The translations under genes and the position numbers were made by a program. From Alphaproteobacteria bacterium (GTDB lineage Bacteria; Pseudomonadota; Alphaproteobacteria; GCA-2731375), in NCBI GenBank assembly GCA_963577885.1, contig CAUZBE010000002.1, forward strand, positions 1 through 32,271: a stretch of DNA of 32,271 nt. Reading direction: 5' to 3'. The notes beneath the pieces were generated by a model. The model saw nothing but the letters and a program-made list of their open reading frames with translations, did not search any database and was not told the origin of the DNA. Shown here in pieces: positions 26,986 through 32,271 of this stretch; within the stretch, counting starts at the first letter, position 1, and every line of letters begins with the position of its first letter.

Positions 26986-28398
26986 ATGGGAAATAAAACA
27001 TTAATTGTTTCTGATTACTCGCCAACCAACGCGCATAGATATCCTGCGGCTGTTAAGGCTGGAGGACTTGTATTTTTGTCGGGTGTTAGGCCTTCTAATA
27101 AAAGTGATAGCCGCAGGGGTTTTAATGATATCCCGGTTGGTGGCTATAATAAAAAACAAGGCTTTAGCATGGTTGATAGTTTGGAAAGTAAAGTTGCCTA
27201 TGATTCTTGGTTTTCTCATAAAAATATGGACGCTGTACTTGAAATGGCGGGTAGTGGCGGCGACCAAATTCTCCGGCAACATATTTGGCAAAAAGATAAA
27301 CGATTTTTTCCTATTTATGAGGACATTCGCCAGGTATTGCAAAAGGTACCATCTCCAAGTAGTGGCCTTGGGGTATCAGAAGTATTCGGAGATCCGTATT
27401 TTACGATAGGTATTGACGCAATCGCAGTTTGTCCTGATGAAAATCCAAATTTGCCGTCTCGGGAGGTTATTGCGGCAATGGATGACAAGGATTTACCAGC
27501 GGCATCATTCTATTCCCAGGCAGTTCGTTCCGGGCCGTTAGTTTTTACGGCAGGGCATATACCTATTAAAACCTCGGAGCGTGGCAAACCTCTCGTCAAT
27601 TCCTTCGAAGATTTACCCATGGAAGGCCGTTTTCTTGAAACAGGACGTAGTCACCCGGACAGTCGAGACGGCCCAATTGCGTCACAAAGTTGGCATGTCT
27701 ACAAAGAATTAGAAAGGACCTTGCGAAAGCAGGGGTTGGAATTATCTGATACAATTAATGCAACAGTATTTTTGGCTGATATAAGAGATTTTCCGACATT
27801 TCACCGAATTCATAATCACATTTTCCGCGAAAAAAATACAGCTCTTACTGTCTCGGGGTTCGATGAAGTAGGGCATCGTGGTTGTCTTATCGAAATTGAG
27901 TTGACTGCCTCAGCCTCCATGAAGAATTTCGATAAGAATACATTCGACTGGCCTATTAAAGCGCCCTTTGCGGCCCCCTCAGCGACAAGTGCAGGGGGGT
28001 TTATATTTTATTCGGGGGTATTAGGTCTCAATTCAAGTAGTGAAATAGTTCAAAGTTTTAATGATTTTTGTTTTACTCCCGCAGATCTAGGTAAAATACT
28101 TGAAAATAATGAGGGGCACCCTAGCCTAGTGTGCCAATGTTGGGCGGCATTCGATTTATTATCAGAAAACGCCGAAAAAGCTAATTCAAGTTTAGATGAC
28201 CTGGTAAAAATCACTGTTTATTTAAAGAAAGCTGGGCATTTTAAGGTCTTTGATGAGGTGGCGTCGGAGTTCTTAAGTGAGGAAAACTTACCAGCTTTAG
28301 AGTGTGTGCTCATACCAAATCCGGGTCCAGTTCACGATGCGGTGGTCCAAATTGAGGCAATAGGATTTAGAAATGAAAAAAGGGCCGAGCTGATTTGA
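26986..28398 (+). CDS. Protein composed of three tandem RidA/YjgF (endoribonuclease L-PSP)-like domains; low-GC cassette
   Basis: 470 aa. There are three repeats of the family pattern. (1) YPAAVKAGGLVFLSGVRP...ILRQHIWQKDKRFFPIYEDI...IGIDAIAV. (2) YSQAVRSGPLVFTAGHIP...TINATVFLADIRDFPTFHRIH...CLIEIELTA. (3) PSATSAGGFIFYSGVLG...LVKITVYLKKAGHFKVFDEV...AVVQIEAIGF. Each repeat carries a similar insertion (GFNDIP / SFEDLP / SFNDFC ... W). GC is roughly 30-45% on hand-counted lines, versus about 60% in the flanks. Confidence 0.75.
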   Translation: MGNKTLIVSDYSPTNAHRYPAAVKAGGLVFLSGVRPSNKSDSRRGFNDIPVGGYNKKQGFSMVDSLESKVAYDSWFSHKNMDAVLEMAGSGGDQILRQHIWQKDKRFFPIYEDIRQVLQKVPSPSSGLGVSEVFGDPYFTIGIDAIAVCPDENPNLPSREVIAAMDDKDLPAASFYSQAVRSGPLVFTAGHIPIKTSERGKPLVNSFEDLPMEGRFLETGRSHPDSRDGPIASQSWHVYKELERTLRKQGLELSDTINATVFLADIRDFPTFHRIHNHIFREKNTALTVSGFDEVGHRGCLIEIELTASASMKNFDKNTFDWPIKAPFAAPSATSAGGFIFYSGVLGLNSSSEIVQSFNDFCFTPADLGKILENNEGHPSLVCQCWAAFDLLSENAEKANSSLDDLVKITVYLKKAGHFKVFDEVASEFLSEENLPALECVLIPNPGPVHDAVVQIEAIGFRNEKRAELI

Positions 28399-28454
28399 AT
28401 TACGATAAGCAAAAATAAGGACTCATGAACCGGGCATTTCTGTTTTCTCCTTAG

Positions 28455-28600
28455 GAAAGTTTTAATGCCCGCTTTAGGGACGAACTGCTAAACGGTGAAA
28501 TCTTCTACACCCTGAAAGAGGCCCAGATCATCATCGAAATATGGAGGAAACATTACAACACAAAGAGACTGCACAGTGCTTTGGGCTACGGCACCAAGAT
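28455..28600 (+). mobile_element. IS3-family transposase (rve/DDE integrase core) C-terminal fragment, a dead IS remnant
   Basis: The frame after stop TAG 28452-28454 reads ESFNARFRDELLNGEIFYTLKEAQIIIEIWRKHYNTKRLHSALGY. This matches the conserved IS3-family OrfB tail (SFN.R.RDELLN.E.F.SL.EA...IE.WR..YN..RPHS.LGY), with the RPH motif mutated to RLH. The upstream catalytic domain is absent and no inverted repeats were recognised. Confidence 0.7.
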
Positions 28601-28649
28601 GCCAGCAGTGAGACCCCTCCGCTACATCGATAGGCGACTATCAGACTTG

Positions 28650-31600
28650 CTATTTCAGTTCGTCAAGTAGTGCCTTCGCGTCTCTGAGGTCCGGTGTGTC
28701 AAGGCCCTCAGTAAACCATTCGTAAATTGTGCTCAAAACACCTCGCGCTTCGTCGTGTCGGCCGGTACCAGCCTGTATGCGAGCGAGGCTTACCGCGGCG
28801 CGCAACTCGAGCATTTTAGCCTGCTGCTGTCGGGCAATTTTGAGCGCGAGGTTAAAACATTCCTCACTGGCGTCGGTGTTTTCTTCGGGCTGGAGCATTA
28901 AAAGCCCACCCTTGATTCGAATTATCTCTGCCAAACACTTTTTTTCTCCAGTCGCCTCGACTAAACGTAAAGCCTCAGTGATCGACTCCAGGCCTTGTTC
29001 CGGCCTGCCAGCCCAACCTTGAACCTCAGCGAGCACGGCCAAGAATTCTGGTACGCGCAAACCCGCCCCGGTGCGTTGCCAGGCCGCCAGCCCCTTGCTG
29101 ATTTCGGCGACGCCATTTTCGAGGTCACCTTCTACGGCTGTCGCCCAGCCATGCACAGCATTGCCCAGACTGCCATAGTTCAGAACGCCATGTTCCTGAC
29201 TCAAAGCAATGCAAATCTCAGCCTGTTGGCGCGCCACCGTCGCATCACGGCAGAGTAGATAATAATAACTGGTAAAAAAATGTGCCAGAATCAATGTCAT
29301 TGGGTGGCCAAGATTTTCAGCGCTGGCTAAGGTCTCTTGGGCGCTATTGGCGGCTTGCTCAAGATGGCCGAGATACCATTGAGACTGCATCAAATGGGAA
29401 CTGGCACAGACACCCGGATCGTGGCCGCCGTAGAGGAGGACATGAGTTTTATGCTCGGCAGAATCATAGTCGTCGTGCCCACGTTGGGAATGCTGTCGGC
29501 ACAGCTCGAAATCGGCCGTGGAGAGAAAGCTTGTCCAAGCTGAATGGCGCGCCTGTAATAACAGTATGGGCTTATCCTGTCGCTCGGCGACTTCCAGCAG
29601 TTCATGCGAAAGACCATGCGCAGGCACTAAACGGGCGCCCTGTTGCGCGTTGATCCAAAGCCCCCAGGTGAAGGCAAACTGTTGCTCCGGCGTTCCCACC
29701 CGTTGACACAGATCGCGAGCCGCAGTGTAGGCGTCAGTGACCTCTGGTGCTGCATAACCCTTGTTCGCAAGAAGCACCGTGCCTCGCATGAGTCTAAGGT
29801 CCAGCTCGCTTCGATCTCGCTCCAAGCCTTCCGGCAATGCTGTGACCAGTTCGAGGCCCCTCTCTAAATGCGCAATAGCCTCGTGGTTGGCAGATCGTTC
29901 GACGGCACGATTTCCCGCGCGTGCCCAATAGAAGACAGCCCGGTCGGTCTGCCCCGCTTCCGAGAAATGATGGGCCAGAACCTCGGGCATGGTCTGAAAA
30001 ATTTCTGGAAAATCTCGTTCGCTGGTCTCTGCTATGTCACGATGTAGCTCCCGGCGACGGCTGATCAAAAGCGACTCATACGCCGCATCCTGAACCAATG
30101 TTTGCTTGAAAGCATAGATCCTATCCGTCGCCGCACCTTGGCGAATTACAAGCCCGGATCGAACCAATTTCTCCAAATCGCTTTCAAGTTGGAGTTCTTG
30201 CTGTTCGGTAATTGCGGCCAGCAAATCATGGCTAAACTCACGACCTATGACGGCGCCAATCTGCGCGAGACGCTTAGCGCTACCGAGCCGGTCGATGCTT
30301 GCCATGAGAGAAGCCTGAAGCGTGGTCGGAATGTTGCCCATGTTTGCGATGTCACCACTGTCCAGGACCGTTTGGGTTAGCGCTTCGACGAATAGGGGCA
30401 CACCGTCTGCACGCGCTACAATTCGTTCAATGATATAGCTTGTCAGATCCTCACCGCCGGAGGCGTGTACAATTTCGGCGCCTTGTTCGCGGCTGAGCCG
30501 GTTCAATGCGACCGATGTAAGGTGTGGTTGGTCGGGCCAGATATCGGATCGCTCCGGACGATGGGTAATTAGCACTAGGACGCGAGCGCCTTGCACCTGC
30601 GCCATAATCTCCGCCACCAGGGATTTGGTCGTCGGATCGATCCAATGGGCGTCTTCCACCACGAAGAGTACCGGCCTCAGTTGGCTCAACGCGGTCACTT
30701 GATCAACCAATGCCTCTATCGTGCGGGCCCGGAGCAACTGTGGACTTAGCTCTAGCGAGCCATACCTATCCTCTGCCGGTAAAGAGAGCAGGGTCGCGAA
30801 GATAGGCGCAATGCTTGCGATGTTCGCATTGGAAAGGCGCAACAATGATTCGAGTTTGTCAAGTTTGGTGTCAATATCGTCTTCGGTGGAGAATCTGGCT
30901 GCCCGCGTCAGCCTCTGGATGATGGGATAGAGCGCGGTGTTCGCGTGAAGGGGCGAGCACTGGTAGCGCAAACCAAAATGGGTTTCATTTAGGATTTCAT
31001 CGCGCAATGTGCGCACAAGGCGTGACTTGCCGATGCCGGGTCCGCCGGCCAGCAGTACTACTTGGCCCTCTCCGCCTTTTGCCTGCGACCATCGCTCCGT
31101 TAGTAGACCTAATTCATGCTTCCGACCAACGAAACGGGTGAGTGTTTCTTCATGTCGCGCGTCGAACCGGCTTTCCGCCTGGCCTTCGCCGGTGACCGCC
31201 CAACACGGCACAGATTGTTCAAATCCTTTGAGATTATGTGGGCCGAGATCCTCAAGTACAAATACCATGCCGATCAGTTGCCTAGTCAACGCATTAATCA
31301 CCACCTGTCCGGGCAACGCCATACCTTGAAGTCGCGCCGCCAGGTTTGGGGTCTCTCCGCTTACGGCTTCCAAATCCGAGGCCGTATCGCCGACCAAGTC
31401 ACCAACGACCACTTGACCTGTCGCTATGCCAACTCGTGCGCGTAGAGTTTCGCCGACAATTTTGATCTTTTCGACGGCGGTGTGGGCGTCGAGCGCAGCA
31501 CGGACCGCTCGGGCGGCTTGGTCCTCATGCGCATGAGGCCAGCCGAAATATGCGAGCACGCCATCGCCCAGAAACTTCGCAATATGTCCCTCATAGCGGA

Positions 31601-31973
31601 TCACGGCGCTTGCTACGGCATCTTGGTATCGCGCCATAATATCGCGTAGGTCTTCTGGGTCGAGGCGGCGGGATAATTCAGTCGAACCCACCAAGTCACA
31701 AAACATGACTGTCAGCTGACGACGTTCGGCAGTAGTTGAACGATGGTCCTGATCTTTGGCAACCTGAATGCTTGCCGGGGCGACTTCTTTGCTGCCTAGC
31801 TGTGCAATGGCACGAAGCAGTCGTTTGCTGTCTCCTAAGTTGACGCCAAGTTGTTGTAGATCGTCTTTGTCCAAGTCCGCGACGACATCAACACCGATGC
31901 CGTTCTCTACAAATACGTCGCCATATTTGCCTAGCCCGAGTTCTTCCAACCACTGGCGAATATCATCTTCCAT
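28650..31973 (-). CDS. Multidomain signalling protein: N-terminal SAM domain, class III adenylate/guanylate cyclase domain, STAND/AAA_16-type NTPase, and C-terminal TPR-like repeats
   Basis: 1107 aa. GGGGAGAG lies about 9 nt upstream of the ATG. SAM-like aa 3-60 (IRQWLEELGLGKYGDVFVENGIGVDVVADLDKDDLQQLGVNLGDSKRLLRAI). Cyclase aa ~84-262 (RRQLTVMFCDLVGST, IAKFLGDGVLAYFG, GIATGQVVVGDLVG, ETPNLAARLQ). Walker A LLAGGPGIGKSRLV (aa ~307-320) and Walker B LFVVEDAHWID (aa ~436-446). The last ~400 aa are helical repeat (TPR-like) sequence. GC is about 45-53% on hand-counted lines. Confidence 0.9.
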   Translation of the reverse strand: MEDDIRQWLEELGLGKYGDVFVENGIGVDVVADLDKDDLQQLGVNLGDSKRLLRAIAQLGSKEVAPASIQVAKDQDHRSTTAERRQLTVMFCDLVGSTELSRRLDPEDLRDIMARYQDAVASAVIRYEGHIAKFLGDGVLAYFGWPHAHEDQAARAVRAALDAHTAVEKIKIVGETLRARVGIATGQVVVGDLVGDTASDLEAVSGETPNLAARLQGMALPGQVVINALTRQLIGMVFVLEDLGPHNLKGFEQSVPCWAVTGEGQAESRFDARHEETLTRFVGRKHELGLLTERWSQAKGGEGQVVLLAGGPGIGKSRLVRTLRDEILNETHFGLRYQCSPLHANTALYPIIQRLTRAARFSTEDDIDTKLDKLESLLRLSNANIASIAPIFATLLSLPAEDRYGSLELSPQLLRARTIEALVDQVTALSQLRPVLFVVEDAHWIDPTTKSLVAEIMAQVQGARVLVLITHRPERSDIWPDQPHLTSVALNRLSREQGAEIVHASGGEDLTSYIIERIVARADGVPLFVEALTQTVLDSGDIANMGNIPTTLQASLMASIDRLGSAKRLAQIGAVIGREFSHDLLAAITEQQELQLESDLEKLVRSGLVIRQGAATDRIYAFKQTLVQDAAYESLLISRRRELHRDIAETSERDFPEIFQTMPEVLAHHFSEAGQTDRAVFYWARAGNRAVERSANHEAIAHLERGLELVTALPEGLERDRSELDLRLMRGTVLLANKGYAAPEVTDAYTAARDLCQRVGTPEQQFAFTWGLWINAQQGARLVPAHGLSHELLEVAERQDKPILLLQARHSAWTSFLSTADFELCRQHSQRGHDDYDSAEHKTHVLLYGGHDPGVCASSHLMQSQWYLGHLEQAANSAQETLASAENLGHPMTLILAHFFTSYYYLLCRDATVARQQAEICIALSQEHGVLNYGSLGNAVHGWATAVEGDLENGVAEISKGLAAWQRTGAGLRVPEFLAVLAEVQGWAGRPEQGLESITEALRLVEATGEKKCLAEIIRIKGGLLMLQPEENTDASEECFNLALKIARQQQAKMLELRAAVSLARIQAGTGRHDEARGVLSTIYEWFTEGLDTPDLRDAKALLDELK

Positions 31974-32271
31974 CGACGCTTGCTCTCCCCAACGGTCAGC
32001 TTAGCAGGCTGAGTGAGATCGGGGAATAACTTCGAATTTCAGAACCATTTTACGCACCTGTTAATGGCAGCTATGGTCCCAAGAAGTCTGTAAACGTTTC
32101 CTAAAATATCGCTCACTCCTGGAGGCCCTATTAGCCAAACGAGTACTGGTTTGAATATCCCCGTAACTCATAAATCTCAGGCCACAAGTTGGCGCCACTC
32201 GGCCAGAGCGGTCGCGCGGCTCTGCTTGAATACGTCGCGGCGGATTAGCGGAGGTGGTTGCTGAGCTCGGG

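Noticed and set aside
32177-32271. Partial minus-strand ORF running off the right edge (...RAQQPPPLIRRDVFKQSRATALAEWRQLVA, stop at 32177-32179)
   Set aside because: Only about 31 codons are visible and I cannot assign a family. It might be the tail of a mobile-element or regulatory gene, but that would be a guess, so it is not reported as a feature.
1-32271. CRISPR arrays, rRNA and tRNA genes, and long tandem or inverted repeats flanking the accessory segment
   Set aside because: No regularly spaced direct repeats, no rRNA-like conserved stretches and no cloverleaf-compatible sequences were seen on manual reading. I could not identify matching terminal repeats around 26.0-32.3 kb, though short att-type repeats would be easy to miss without a computational self-alignment.

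Overview
The window looks like a GC-rich (about 60%) alphaproteobacterial chromosome segment. The taxonomic call is an inference from protein families and from gene orders such as dapF-mtaB-ftsY and tsaE-amgK. Positions 1-26046 are mostly intact housekeeping genes: the gyrB 3' end, a class A PBP, a GMC oxidoreductase, glyQ, glyS, ppdK, ftsY, mtaB, dapF, a RidA/enolase-superfamily/LLM-oxidoreductase operon, amgK-like kinase, tsaE, ahcY, and a translationally coupled asnB-like/glycosyltransferase/O-antigen-ligase-like trio. Several clearly decayed genes are interspersed. These are an OmpR-type response regulator with an in-frame TAA-TAG, a frameshifted PAS_5-like gene, and a multiply broken GT87/DUF2029 membrane protein. 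From about 26047 to the right edge the character changes. A roughly 0.9 kb stretch holds gene tails (crotonase-like and CHAT-like). Next comes a sharply low-GC cassette encoding one polypeptide made of three tandem RidA/YjgF-like domains, followed by an IS3-family transposase tail. The segment ends with a lower-GC 1107-aa protein of architecture SAM / class III nucleotide cyclase / STAND (AAA_16-like) NTPase / TPR. This right-hand accessory segment is the best candidate for uncharacterised biology in the window. I found no rRNA, tRNA or CRISPR array. All calls rest on by-eye motif recognition, with no searches run.
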